DNA of 64,000 nucleotides from a virus (lineage: Duplodnaviria; Heunggongvirae; Uroviricota; Caudoviricetes), in the IMG/VR virus record IMGVR_UViG_3300020429_000539, positions 108,263-172,262 of that record. One strand, given 5' to 3'. The position numbers were made by a program, and so were the translations under genes. The notes beneath the pieces were generated by a model that ran no database searches, was not told the DNA's origin, and saw only the letters and a program-made list of their open reading frames with translations. Shown here in pieces: positions 8,290 through 17,754 of the stretch (its first letter is position 1; each line of letters starts with the position of its first letter).

Positions 8290-9336
8290 ATGGCGATTCT
8301 AGAGTATGTATGGCTCGATGGCTACAGTGTTCAGAACCTTCGTTCAAAAGTCAGGGTAGTAGAGGGCAAGATTGATAGCATCAATCAGTGTCCTGAATGG
8401 GGGTTTGATGGTTCGAGTACCGAGCAAGCTGAGGGAGGAGACAGCGATTGCATCCTCAAACCTGTTCGCATCTATAATAACTGCCTTGCGGGACCAATTT
8501 CGATAGGACATGACCGCCATATCGTATTTTGCGAAGTAATGAATCGAGACGGCACTCCTCACCCTTCTAATAAAAGAGCAGAATTGGCTGAAGTTGCAGA
8601 GAGGTACAAAGAGCAAGAGATGTGGTTTGGCGTTGAGCAAGAGTACACCCTCTACGATTTGCATGGTCATCGCCCTTATAAGTGGCCCGCAGGACAACCT
8701 GCACCACAAGGTAGGTACTATTGTGGTGTTGGCTCAGATGTTGCTTTTGGTCGTCCGATTATTGAAGAACACCTGAATGTTTGCATTGAGACGGGTCTTG
8801 CTATGTATGGGACTAACGCAGAGGTCATGCCTTCGCAATGGGAGTTTCAGCTTGGACCTGTTTCGGCTCTAGAGGGAGCGGATGATCTTTGGATTGCTCG
8901 CTTTTTGCTCAACCGCGTTGCAGAGAGATACGAGGCAACCGTGAAACTTCATCCGAAGCCTATGGAAGGGGATTGGAATGGGGCAGGCTGTCATACTAAC
9001 TTTAGCACGAAAGAAATGAGAGAAGATTGCCCCGCTGAGAGAGTGGCAGAGATTGTTGAGGCTCTTTCTAATCGTGCAAGTGAACATATTAGCGTGTATG
9101 GTGATTTCAATGACCGTCGTTTGACAGGCGAGCATGAGACTTGTCACATCGGCGAGTTCCGTGCTGGCGCTAGTGACCGTGGAGCTTCTATCCGCATTCC
9201 GCCTGCTATGGTTAAGGATGGCAAAGGCTATCTAGAGGACAGACGCCCTGCGGCAAATATGAATCCATATGAAGTTTTCCGTGTTATCATGGAAACCGTT
9301 TGTCCGGTATGTGACAGAGAGCCCGTTGCGAGCTAA
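8290..9336 (+). CDS. glutamine synthetase, type II (eukaryote-like GSII)
   Basis: Strong SD 'AAAGGAG' upstream. The translation carries the GSII hallmarks 'VWLDG', 'EWGFDGSST', 'GPYYCGVG', 'NAEVMPSQWEFQLGP', 'KPMEGDWNGAGCHTNFS' and 'ASIRIP'. The length of 348 aa fits GSII. Confidence 0.85.
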   Translation: MAILEYVWLDGYSVQNLRSKVRVVEGKIDSINQCPEWGFDGSSTEQAEGGDSDCILKPVRIYNNCLAGPISIGHDRHIVFCEVMNRDGTPHPSNKRAELAEVAERYKEQEMWFGVEQEYTLYDLHGHRPYKWPAGQPAPQGRYYCGVGSDVAFGRPIIEEHLNVCIETGLAMYGTNAEVMPSQWEFQLGPVSALEGADDLWIARFLLNRVAERYEATVKLHPKPMEGDWNGAGCHTNFSTKEMREDCPAERVAEIVEALSNRASEHISVYGDFNDRRLTGEHETCHIGEFRAGASDRGASIRIPPAMVKDGKGYLEDRRPAANMNPYEVFRVIMETVCPVCDREPVAS

Positions 9337-9348
9337 AAGGATGCTCTA

Positions 9349-10146
9349 ATGAGCGAAATAGATACCACAGAAGTTAAAGCTGAAGAAACTCAAGAAGTCG
9401 AAGCCCCTAAATGCCCTATAGGGGTCAAGATTGAAGCTTACCGTCTCAACGACAAAGGTTGGGGTATTGAGCCAGCTTCATCGAATAGAGACTGGATGGC
9501 TCAAACAAAAGGGCATTCTCAGAAGTGCCTGCCATTGCTTGCAGCAAATCAGATGGGCTATGTTATGCGCAACCCAACTGAAGTAACTGCCATATGGAAT
9601 GGTGGCGATTCGTACTCAGATACAAAAGTTATTCACGAAGATGAAGAACATCAAGGCAGTTCGTCATCTCACTTCGGTTACGGCATTGTTACTTTTCAGA
9701 TTCCTTTCATATTTAGAACTCCACCTGGTATAGGCCTGTTTGTTCGTGGAGCAACAAACTTTTGGGTAGAGAATGCATGCGCCCTCGATGGCTTTGTTGA
9801 AACGCACTGGAGCCCTTACACGTTTACAATGAACTGGCGAATCGTTAAGCCTGATATTCCCGTAGTATGGAAAAAAGGAGACCCTGTTTGCATGGTTATT
9901 CCTTATCCTGTTGAACTTCTAGAGAACATCGTTCCGGTGGCAACGCCTATCGAGAACGATGAAGAACTCAATCTCATTTATCAAGGCTGGTCGGATGCTC
10001 GTGACCGTTTTAACGGCTCTGACCATAATAGAAATGATTGGCAGAAGGACTACTTCTTAGGCAAAAAATGTCCATTTGCTCATGGACCAGACAACATTGG
10101 TTCGCCGCACAGGACTAAGTTCAAGTTGCCTCCCTTTAAGTTTTAA
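9349..10146 (+). CDS. hypothetical protein, paralog of 23221-24075 ('IFRTPPG' family)
   Basis: Shares 'IFRTPPGIGLFVRGATNF' with 'IFRTPPGWCMHIRNPINF', N-terminal 'KCP(I/F)' and 'ET(H/D)W' with 23221-24075. Confidence 0.55.
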   Translation: MSEIDTTEVKAEETQEVEAPKCPIGVKIEAYRLNDKGWGIEPASSNRDWMAQTKGHSQKCLPLLAANQMGYVMRNPTEVTAIWNGGDSYSDTKVIHEDEEHQGSSSSHFGYGIVTFQIPFIFRTPPGIGLFVRGATNFWVENACALDGFVETHWSPYTFTMNWRIVKPDIPVVWKKGDPVCMVIPYPVELLENIVPVATPIENDEELNLIYQGWSDARDRFNGSDHNRNDWQKDYFLGKKCPFAHGPDNIGSPHRTKFKLPPFKF

Positions 10147-10893
10147 ATGATTAACGGTAATGTATATGATCCAGATAATCCATGGCACCCAGATTTGAGT
10201 TTCGTGGGGCGCATCGACCCGATGCTTTGCCAAAGAGCATGCGGGTCGGTGTTCCTTGTTCATCCTGAATATGTCGTGACAGCTACGCATTGCCTTGAAC
10301 AATGCGCAGAGTGGAATGTAGTATTTCCTACAGGTCAACATCGGAAGATAGTCGAAGACCATCGAATCAAAAAGCAAGATATCGCTTGGTGTAAACTTGA
10401 TGAGCCAGTTGATAACATCGCGCCTGTTGGCATTCTTGCCCATGAACCCAAGGTAAGACAGTATGCAATATTGACAGGTTGGGGCAAGGTTTACGGTCAA
10501 GATGATAAAGCATCTCGATTACGATGGGCAGGTACTCGGATAGCACGATTCTTGAAGAATCACGATGTTCAGATTGAGAAAGGGCATCACGCTCCTCATG
10601 CAAGCAAAGGAGACAGTGGCTCGCCCATACTGGTTTATGAAAATGGCTCGCTACATGCGGCAGGATTGCTGCGGGTTACGGAATGGGTGCAAAAAGGACT
10701 ATGGCATTTTTGTAACCAGATTCCACAGGCACCGTCTTTCGCGATGGAGAAAGAACGATTTGAGCGAATTGTTTCACTCGATTATTCTCGCCGCGCTGTT
10801 CGAGGCACGTTTGCTCAATCTTCGAGTGAAGATTGGAGGATGATTGATAAATGGTTGATCGAGCAACAAGCAAGTGAAGAGAAGAAACAGTAA
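10147..10893 (+). CDS. trypsin-like serine protease
   Basis: Catalytic His context 'VVTATHC' and catalytic Ser context 'GDSGSP' (chymotrypsin/S1 fold). The start overlaps the previous stop (TAAATG). Confidence 0.7.
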   Translation: MINGNVYDPDNPWHPDLSFVGRIDPMLCQRACGSVFLVHPEYVVTATHCLEQCAEWNVVFPTGQHRKIVEDHRIKKQDIAWCKLDEPVDNIAPVGILAHEPKVRQYAILTGWGKVYGQDDKASRLRWAGTRIARFLKNHDVQIEKGHHAPHASKGDSGSPILVYENGSLHAAGLLRVTEWVQKGLWHFCNQIPQAPSFAMEKERFERIVSLDYSRRAVRGTFAQSSSEDWRMIDKWLIEQQASEEKKQ

Positions 10894-10936
10894 CCTTTGG
10901 CAAAACCTCTCAACAGAAACGGAGCATGGATAAGCG

Positions 10937-12547
10937 ATGGCGTATACACAGCAGCAGGTCACTAACGAGCAGCTTGACTTTTGGATTGAGAACGGCATGA
11001 ACGTTCTCATGGCAGGTCTTCATGGCGTAGGCAAGACCGCACAAATCAAGGAGGCTTTCGAGCGCAACGGTCTACAGTGGCGGTACTTTTCTGCTGCTAC
11101 GATGGACCCCTGGACCGATTTCGTGGGTGTTCCCAAAGAGAAGATCGATGCCAATGGCAAATCGACTCTTCAGTTTGTTCTTCCTGAAGATTTCGCGGAT
11201 GACAAAGTTGAAGCATTGTTTTTTGACGAGTTCAACCGTGCCCCGAAGAAGGTTCGTAACGCCGTGATGGAGTTGATGCAGTTCAAGAGCATCAACGGTC
11301 GCAAGTTCAACAACTTGAAGGTGGTTTGGGCCGCTGTCAACCCCAAAGATGCCGAAGATATGGACTTCGACGTTGAGGAAATTGACCCTGCCCAGGAAGA
11401 CCGTTTTCATGTCCATGTGGAAGTTCCGTATAAGCCAAGCTTTGCTTATTTCGTGAAGAAGTATGGAGAGCAAACGGCCAAGGCTGCATGCGACTGGTGG
11501 GATGGCCTCGATGATGCTACGCAGAAACTCGTCTCCCCTCGGCGGCTGGATTACGCGATCGAATGCTTTCAGAAGTGCGGTAACATGAGGTACGTTTTGC
11601 CTCGTGAGGCCGCAACATCGGCTCTTTACAATGCTCTTTCATTCGGTTCGCCTGAGGTTACGTTCAAGAAGATCATGGAAGAGAACAATGAGGCTCGCGC
11701 AAGGCAGTTCCTCGCGCATGAAAACAATGTCTCGGCTCTCAAGGAAATGATCACGAACGATCCTGCTGTTCGCAAGTTTGCTCTGCCTCTTCTGAGTCCC
11801 GAGCGCATTTCGTCCCTGCTTGCACGCAACCGCGAAATCAAGCAAGAAATCTGGCAGAATCCCGTTCCCTACGCGGAAATCATTCGGACGCTCGCTGCCG
11901 GTTCTCAGAATCGCAAGATCAAGAAGGAATGCAAGGAACTGTTGGTTGTTATTGATCAGGTTGGAGATAACGCCAACGCAAGCGACGCAGATATGGTTCC
12001 CTCGAAGCCTCTGCCGTCTCATTGCCCCAAGTGGGAACACAAGCATTTTGCAAATAACTTCGAGTTCCGTGATGAATATGACATTATCGACTCGGAGAGC
12101 GCTGGCTCATTCGATGGAGAATTGGATACCCACCTTCGCGCAACAGCGCAGAAGACCTTGATGGCAAAAAACAGCTACTACAAGGGGCAGTGCTACAGCG
12201 ATGTCGCTCAGGCTATCTCTTCTAACATGAACTCTACTCAGGCTATGACGGCCCTTCGCATCCTTGACTGGTTTGTTGCTGTCTCGAATATCGATACGAT
12301 TTCGAGCAAGGAAGAAATTCCGGTCTACTTCAACACTTGTGTTCATGTTATTCGTGACTCTGACCCGAGCTTCGACGTTGCTACTTTGTCTACGACAGCG
12401 CCTTACTTCTTCTATAAGTTCTTCAGCGAAAAGGCAAACTCTCCCAGCAAGAAGTTTGTCGATAAGCTTATTATCAAGCCCAAGGCGAAGTCTGAGCAGA
12501 AAGACTACCGTGAAGCTGATCCTGAACTTGAGGAGATCGAAATCTAA
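10937..12547 (+). CDS. AAA_5-type ATPase (MoxR/CobS/CbbQ-like)
   Basis: Walker A 'GLHGVGKT', Walker B 'ALFFDEFNRAPKKV' (hhDEhNRa), and the sensor/arginine region. A long C-terminal extension (536 aa in total). Confidence 0.75.
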   Translation: MAYTQQQVTNEQLDFWIENGMNVLMAGLHGVGKTAQIKEAFERNGLQWRYFSAATMDPWTDFVGVPKEKIDANGKSTLQFVLPEDFADDKVEALFFDEFNRAPKKVRNAVMELMQFKSINGRKFNNLKVVWAAVNPKDAEDMDFDVEEIDPAQEDRFHVHVEVPYKPSFAYFVKKYGEQTAKAACDWWDGLDDATQKLVSPRRLDYAIECFQKCGNMRYVLPREAATSALYNALSFGSPEVTFKKIMEENNEARARQFLAHENNVSALKEMITNDPAVRKFALPLLSPERISSLLARNREIKQEIWQNPVPYAEIIRTLAAGSQNRKIKKECKELLVVIDQVGDNANASDADMVPSKPLPSHCPKWEHKHFANNFEFRDEYDIIDSESAGSFDGELDTHLRATAQKTLMAKNSYYKGQCYSDVAQAISSNMNSTQAMTALRILDWFVAVSNIDTISSKEEIPVYFNTCVHVIRDSDPSFDVATLSTTAPYFFYKFFSEKANSPSKKFVDKLIIKPKAKSEQKDYREADPELEEIEI

Positions 12548-14163
12548 TGAGTGGAGCTACGCACGACGGACCACAGGTCATAGGGAAAGATGAAGAGTTA
12601 GGTGTTGAGGATATCCTCATCAACCCTACTCCCAAAGGTATGACCGAAGAGGAAGCCGCAGCGCTTCTCGGTCAAGACATTCGAGAAGAGTTCTATGCTA
12701 TCGCGCAGGAGCTTGAGAAGTTTCATGGCATCTTCAGCCAGCTTTGGGAAATGGGCTTGCCCCGTTTGACCTTTGATTTGCCTACGGCTGCCGTGGCCTT
12801 TGATCAGCAGGGTCGGAACGTGGAGTTCTTGTTTAATCCACAGTTCTGGAAAGACACGGACAGATACACGAAATGCTTTGTTATTTGTCACGAAGCCCTG
12901 CACGTTATCTTGAGTCACGGTATTCGAGCCCGCGATTGTCCCATGCCCTCGCTCGCAAACAAGGCGCTGGACGTTGTGGTAAATCATACCCTGACTAGCA
13001 AATTTGGATTCGACCGTTCTTCTGTGCATGTTGGAACCTATCCCGACAGCGAAGAAGTCGATGAAGAATTGAGGGGCAAGCCCATTGAGCTTTGCTGGCT
13101 TGACACAGTGTTTCCGGGCATGGAAGATCAGGTCGAGCGAGACAAGCCGTTCGAGTATTACTACCATATTCTTGAAAAGAATACCAAATTCATCAACGGA
13201 AAATGGAAGATCAAGTGCAACAGCAAAGGCAAAGGCGGTAAGGACGGACAAAGCGACCCAGGCGGAGGAAAGGGTCAAGGTGGTGGTCAAGGCGATGGTG
13301 ATGACGAATACCGGGACATGACTGGTAGCGTTCTTGATAAACACGACCAGCTTGAAGAGTTTGAGGACTCAAAGGCTAAAGAAGAGATTACCGACCAGTT
13401 GGATGAAGCTCTGGACGGCGACGAGAAGAAAGACCTCTTCGATAAGCTCTCGAATACCGAGGAAGGCGACGCGGCTCAAAAAGCGGCTGAGAAGGCCGAG
13501 AAAGAGAACGCTGAAGCTAAAGGCGGCGATGGTAACAATCCTGGCGGTAAGAACCGAGGGACTATCGCAGGTCGCCTTCAGTATCGAGCCAACGTTCATC
13601 AAAAGGTGAAGACCAAGCGCAAGTGGGAAACCGTTATCAAGAAATGGTCTCGAAAGTATAAGGAAGATGAACGAGATACTGAGCAATGGGCAAGAACAAA
13701 TCGTCGTTACGCTACGCTCGGAACTGACCTGCTGTTGCCAACCGAAGTTGCTGACGAGCATAAGTCAGAGAGTCGTATTGATGTTTGGTTCTTCCAAGAT
13801 ACCTCAGGCTCATGCTATGGCTTCCGTGACCGTTTTTTCGCTGCTGCTAGGTCGTTGCCGCAAGACCGTTTCAACATCCATCTCTACTGCTTTGATACGC
13901 AGGTCTATGAGACGAGTCTTGAGAGTGGTAAGCTCTACGGTTTTGGCGGCACTTCATTTGATATTCTTGAGAACTACATTCAGAATCAGTTGCGTCAAGG
14001 GCTCATCAAGAAATATCCCGAGGCCGTTTTCGTGATTACGGATGGATATGGCAACAACGTGAGGCCCGAGCGACCCAAGAACTGGTACTGGTTCCTTAGC
14101 ACGGACTGCACGCATTGCATCCCCAAGGAATGCAATATTTTCAGCCTGTCTGAATACGAATAA
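12547..14163 (+). CDS. DUF2201-like protein: N-terminal putative HExxH metallopeptidase + C-terminal vWA-like domain
   Basis: 'CHEALHVILSH' (HExxH) in the N-terminal third, 'WFFQDTSGSC' (DxSGS MIDAS-like) in the C-terminal third, and a Gly/Lys/Asp-rich linker. It is translationally coupled to the AAA_5 gene (ATCTAATG). Confidence 0.6.
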   Translation: MSGATHDGPQVIGKDEELGVEDILINPTPKGMTEEEAAALLGQDIREEFYAIAQELEKFHGIFSQLWEMGLPRLTFDLPTAAVAFDQQGRNVEFLFNPQFWKDTDRYTKCFVICHEALHVILSHGIRARDCPMPSLANKALDVVVNHTLTSKFGFDRSSVHVGTYPDSEEVDEELRGKPIELCWLDTVFPGMEDQVERDKPFEYYYHILEKNTKFINGKWKIKCNSKGKGGKDGQSDPGGGKGQGGGQGDGDDEYRDMTGSVLDKHDQLEEFEDSKAKEEITDQLDEALDGDEKKDLFDKLSNTEEGDAAQKAAEKAEKENAEAKGGDGNNPGGKNRGTIAGRLQYRANVHQKVKTKRKWETVIKKWSRKYKEDERDTEQWARTNRRYATLGTDLLLPTEVADEHKSESRIDVWFFQDTSGSCYGFRDRFFAAARSLPQDRFNIHLYCFDTQVYETSLESGKLYGFGGTSFDILENYIQNQLRQGLIKKYPEAVFVITDGYGNNVRPERPKNWYWFLSTDCTHCIPKECNIFSLSEYE

Positions 14164-14165
14164 TC

Positions 14166-14237
14166 AAAACCCTGCAAGTTTTGCTAAAGGGTTGAAAACC
14201 CTCCTTCTTGTATCTATTACGAGAAGAGAGGGTTTTT
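14166..14237 (+). terminator. tandem hairpins ending in T-run (terminator-like)
   Basis: 'AAAACCCTgcaagttttgctaaAGGGTT' then 'AAAACCCTCC...GAGGGTTTTT' ending 1 nt before the ATG at 14238. Confidence 0.4.
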
Positions 14238-14741
14238 ATGTCAGATAGTCAAAGCCAAATCATCTTGCAGTTCATCGATAGAATCGTTGATGAAAATATC
14301 AAAAGTGCGGAGAGCCTGGTTTCTTTGAAGTTTTCTGTTGAGGAACAACGGCAAGAAATCAACGAGATTCTTGGCGTGCTGAAGAACGGTCTGCGCGATG
14401 ACATAAAGAATCATGTGTCTGCAACAGTTGGAGAGGTATCGGGTAAGCTTGTTGAAATTGACAAGAAATACGATAGCCTTGCGCGGGAAAATGAAAAACA
14501 TAACGAACGAAACAAGGAAATTGATGCAGTTCTAAGCGATATTAGAAAGAAGGGCATGTGGTTTCGGGGAGCGGTTATTCTTGTATCTAGCGTAGCTACG
14601 ATAATAGCAGGATTTGTTTACTTCTCAAGAGTAGCAGGAACTCCCAAGCAAAATACTTCTGTACAGCAGCCACAGCAGCAACACCAAAGTAATCCTGGTC
14701 AGCAGAGCCAAGGACACCAGCCTACATCCAATACGCCATAA
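14238..14741 (+). CDS. coiled-coil membrane-anchored protein with Q/P-rich tail
   Basis: The start was moved to the second Met, which has an SD 'GAGGG'. The protein has a coiled-coil N-terminus, the TM helix 'AVILVSSVATIIAGFVYF' and the tail 'QQPQQQHQSNPGQQSQGHQPTS'. Confidence 0.5.
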   Translation: MSDSQSQIILQFIDRIVDENIKSAESLVSLKFSVEEQRQEINEILGVLKNGLRDDIKNHVSATVGEVSGKLVEIDKKYDSLARENEKHNERNKEIDAVLSDIRKKGMWFRGAVILVSSVATIIAGFVYFSRVAGTPKQNTSVQQPQQQHQSNPGQQSQGHQPTSNTP

Positions 14742-14767
14742 GCTGACGATAAAGACGGAGCAATTTT

Positions 14768-15190
14768 ATGCCTCAAATAGACATTTTACTTATTGACTAT
14801 GATCAAGAGACAAAAGGCGCGATACTAAATCAACTCAAAAATGAGAGCCTCAATATCTGCTTAGAATATATAAGTAGTACTGACCAAATATCTGCTGGTA
14901 AGAGTTATGATATCTACGTATTCGGTGATGCGAGGCGAGGAGTGCCTGTTGATTGTGAGACGATTTGTAAAGTCAGACAAAAACATCCTTCGGCCAAGAT
15001 AATTGTTGTATCAGATGTATCCGATGAGGAATATCTACAAGAACTTATCAACATGCATATTGATGGCTTCATTGATAAAGGCGATTTTGATGTTGAGTCG
15101 ATAATATCGATAGCTGCTTCAATAAAAGCATTTCGGGACAAGGTTAGCGTCTTGAGCCAAAAGTTGAATCGCCTTCATTCGATAATATGA
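14768..15190 (+). CDS. stand-alone receiver (REC/CheY-like) domain protein, possibly degenerate
   Basis: 'IDILLIDYDQ' (acidic pocket), 'DIYVFGD' (phospho-Asp position), 'KIIVVSD' (T/S position) and 'HIDGFIDKGDF' (K position) in a 140-aa alpha/beta pattern. There is no output domain. Confidence 0.45.
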   Translation: MPQIDILLIDYDQETKGAILNQLKNESLNICLEYISSTDQISAGKSYDIYVFGDARRGVPVDCETICKVRQKHPSAKIIVVSDVSDEEYLQELINMHIDGFIDKGDFDVESIISIAASIKAFRDKVSVLSQKLNRLHSII

Positions 15191-15209
15191 TATAATCGAG
15201 GTTGCAATT

Positions 15210-17447
15210 ATGGCTAATATCGCTCCTATAACTAGCACGATTGACTGGACTGTAGGTACAGCTTCAACTACAGCTATTACAGGTCGTGTAACCGTAGGCC
15301 TTACTGATGATCTCGTTTGTAGCTTCTGGTTTCTTGATGATGGAGTCGCAGAAACAACTCTTGGAGGTTCTGCTTCGGGCCTAACGGCTGATGCCAGTAT
15401 TGGAAGCGAAGCATCAGGCGACTATGGAACCTACATTTCTTTGCCGTCCTCTCATGCCGGTGTTACCCTAAGTGATCCAAGCGCACTTAAATTCACGGGT
15501 GATTTTACTGTTGCTTTTTTGGTCCGAAAAACAACTGGAGAATCCGGAACATTGATAGCTGATTGGAATAGCTCAGGCGGAGATACTAACTATAGTGTTA
15601 GGGTTACATCTGATGGCGATATAGTTGCTTCAACTTCAAATAATGTATCTTCTAATACTGCAACTGCTTCATCCGCAATGGCTGATGATGTTTGGACTTT
15701 GATTATTGCTCAGCGAGACAATACATATTTACGTATTTGGTCATTTGCAGATGGCGACAATTTTGTATATGATCCAGGCGGATATGATCCTGAAACTGAT
15801 ACAGGTAACAATTTTGGCGAAACACAGATTGGAGTATCTCCAGATGATGACCCGACATCGTGGGAGCCCCTAGTAGATGTAGATGCATCTTATTCAGGAG
15901 CCTCTACAAGTAATGATGCTGTTTTATTCACTTTTTCTAATGATGATTCTGACTTTACTGGCGATATATCTCTTTTCTTTGCCTGGGAAAAAGCTTTATC
16001 TTATCAACAGATTGCTTCTTTGGCTTTTGACCCCTGGAGAATATTTAGAAATCCCGATACCGATACAGCAGTTATTGACCAAGCATCTCTCAGAGGTATA
16101 GATAAATACTTAGCTACAGGAACAGGTCCAGCTATTATATTTGGCGTTGATGCCGGAGGAAGTAGCGGAGAAGAGCCTGATTTGCCAGCAAGTATTTCTG
16201 CTATAGGTTCATCATTGATTACCCGTGGAACATGGATTGCACAGTCGTCGCTAAATGCTCCTGGTATTGCTGATTTTAGACCACAGGTAGGATATAACCC
16301 GACCAATGGACCCGAAGATGATTTTATTGCAACAGATAACCTCATAATAAATCCTTCTGGTTTACGAGACGGATATAGGCATGTCTCTATGGCTGAGGGG
16401 GCATTAGACGTTGTTGAATCTCCTACTCTTCTAGCTCGTATTGCAGAGCCTAAGTACAAAGCAATCATATTCGATATTGAATACATTATTCGAAGCGATT
16501 CCGTAGACGTTCAACTTGAGGTTCCAAAAGGATACTATGGCTACTTCTTTTATGAAGAAGTGGGTAAACTTATACCTAATATATCTAGGAATAGTGATCA
16601 AAAGATTATGGTCTGGTTCCGTCCACAGAATCTAGTTGAATCAACTTCTGATTTGAACGAAAAAGCTAACTGGTTGTATCTAAAAAATGCAGATGCCGTT
16701 GTTATCCCCTTTTACTATAACTATAAATCTTTTGTCAATACAGGAACAGACGCAAAAACTCGCGCAGATTATGCTATAGCAAATAATCATGTTGGCTTTA
16801 CTCGTAGAATACAATATACGCATCATATAGCCAAGACATTCGGTCTTGAGATTATACCTTCTGTGCGCATTGATGTCTCAGGTGATTATTCTGATCAGTC
16901 AGTCTTTGATACTCAAATGGAAATTTGCATGCGATTGTCAGACGGTATCGAGGACTATTTTGGTGGAATATATTTATGGGGAAGCAATAGCGCCTATAGC
17001 AGAGCAGGAACTCTTCTGTCATACTGGGCAAATCAAGGCGAAGCTATGGGGCTATATGATACTAATAGTCCTGCAAACATGAGCCGTCTTGAAGCTAAAG
17101 ATATCTATGAAGATTTGTCTGAAATATATGGTAATGCAGCTTCAAGCATTAATGCAAGCATATCCTCTTTATACAACGCTCTTGTACTGGTTGCACAGTT
17201 GAGCGATCCGGATGTTAAGATAGAACTCCTCGATGCATTTGAGAACGTTTATAATTCTCAACGACTTGGTGCGACCCGTCCTTTAATTTCATCCACAGCC
17301 AAGCTGAATGCTTTCATAGTTAGAAGAACCCAATATAACTCAGTCAATGAATTCTTAAACGCAGTAGGCTTGCAAGTTTCAAGCGACTGGGCAAGCATCA
17401 GTGCCGACGCAGGCACCCCTATTGATGCCATCTATGTGAAAGACTAA
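15210..17447 (+). CDS. large multidomain protein: ConA/LamG-like lectin-type N-terminal region + GH-like TIM-barrel C-terminal region (candidate virion-associated depolymerase/fibre)
   Basis: N-terminal 'FTGDFTVAFLVRKTTGESGTLIADWNSSGGDTNYSVRVTSDGDIV' is LamG-like. C-terminal 'YKAIIFDIEYII' (DxE) and 'GGIYLWGSNSAY' parallel the 2084 and 6949 paralogs. 745 aa. Confidence 0.6.
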   Translation: MANIAPITSTIDWTVGTASTTAITGRVTVGLTDDLVCSFWFLDDGVAETTLGGSASGLTADASIGSEASGDYGTYISLPSSHAGVTLSDPSALKFTGDFTVAFLVRKTTGESGTLIADWNSSGGDTNYSVRVTSDGDIVASTSNNVSSNTATASSAMADDVWTLIIAQRDNTYLRIWSFADGDNFVYDPGGYDPETDTGNNFGETQIGVSPDDDPTSWEPLVDVDASYSGASTSNDAVLFTFSNDDSDFTGDISLFFAWEKALSYQQIASLAFDPWRIFRNPDTDTAVIDQASLRGIDKYLATGTGPAIIFGVDAGGSSGEEPDLPASISAIGSSLITRGTWIAQSSLNAPGIADFRPQVGYNPTNGPEDDFIATDNLIINPSGLRDGYRHVSMAEGALDVVESPTLLARIAEPKYKAIIFDIEYIIRSDSVDVQLEVPKGYYGYFFYEEVGKLIPNISRNSDQKIMVWFRPQNLVESTSDLNEKANWLYLKNADAVVIPFYYNYKSFVNTGTDAKTRADYAIANNHVGFTRRIQYTHHIAKTFGLEIIPSVRIDVSGDYSDQSVFDTQMEICMRLSDGIEDYFGGIYLWGSNSAYSRAGTLLSYWANQGEAMGLYDTNSPANMSRLEAKDIYEDLSEIYGNAASSINASISSLYNALVLVAQLSDPDVKIELLDAFENVYNSQRLGATRPLISSTAKLNAFIVRRTQYNSVNEFLNAVGLQVSSDWASISADAGTPIDAIYVKD

Positions 17448-17719
17448 ACGAACCTCTCTTCTCCGTCGATAAATACTCTGAGGACCGTTCCAGCCGTGGA
17501 AAGGTAGTATCTGTCGATAACGATTTGTCCATCATGGGTTCGACGGTGACAGTTCGAGCAAAGAACCACAACATTGTATTTGGTATATTTGCCGCCTTTC
17601 GCTCCTTCTACAATCCTATGATTGTCGAGAAGGGCATAGTCGTCTTCGCCGCAGATTCGGCATTTACCTGCGGCTAGCTTATTTTGTTTCTTGTTAATGA
17701 TTTTTCGTTTACGAGGCAT
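17444..17719 (-). CDS. HNH endonuclease (homing-type)
   Basis: 'CRICGE..' and 'H.IV.....VLCSNCHRRTH' give the zinc-finger CxxC...CxxC plus the HNH His/Asn. It is the only minus-strand gene in a long + block. The start was trimmed to 'MPRKRK' to avoid a divergent overlap with 17755. Confidence 0.65.
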   Translation of the reverse strand: MPRKRKIINKKQNKLAAGKCRICGEDDYALLDNHRIVEGAKGGKYTKYNVVVLCSNCHRRTHDGQIVIDRYYLSTAGTVLRVFIDGEERFV

Positions 17720-17754
17720 GCAAAAAGTATCGACGAAGCAGAAAGGAAGATACA

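Noticed and set aside
6925-9345. 12-mer GAGCTAAAAGGA present just upstream of the start codons at 6949 and 9349
   Set aside because: Tens of identical 12-mer pairs are expected by chance in 64 kb, and the shared part is essentially an SD (AAAGGA).
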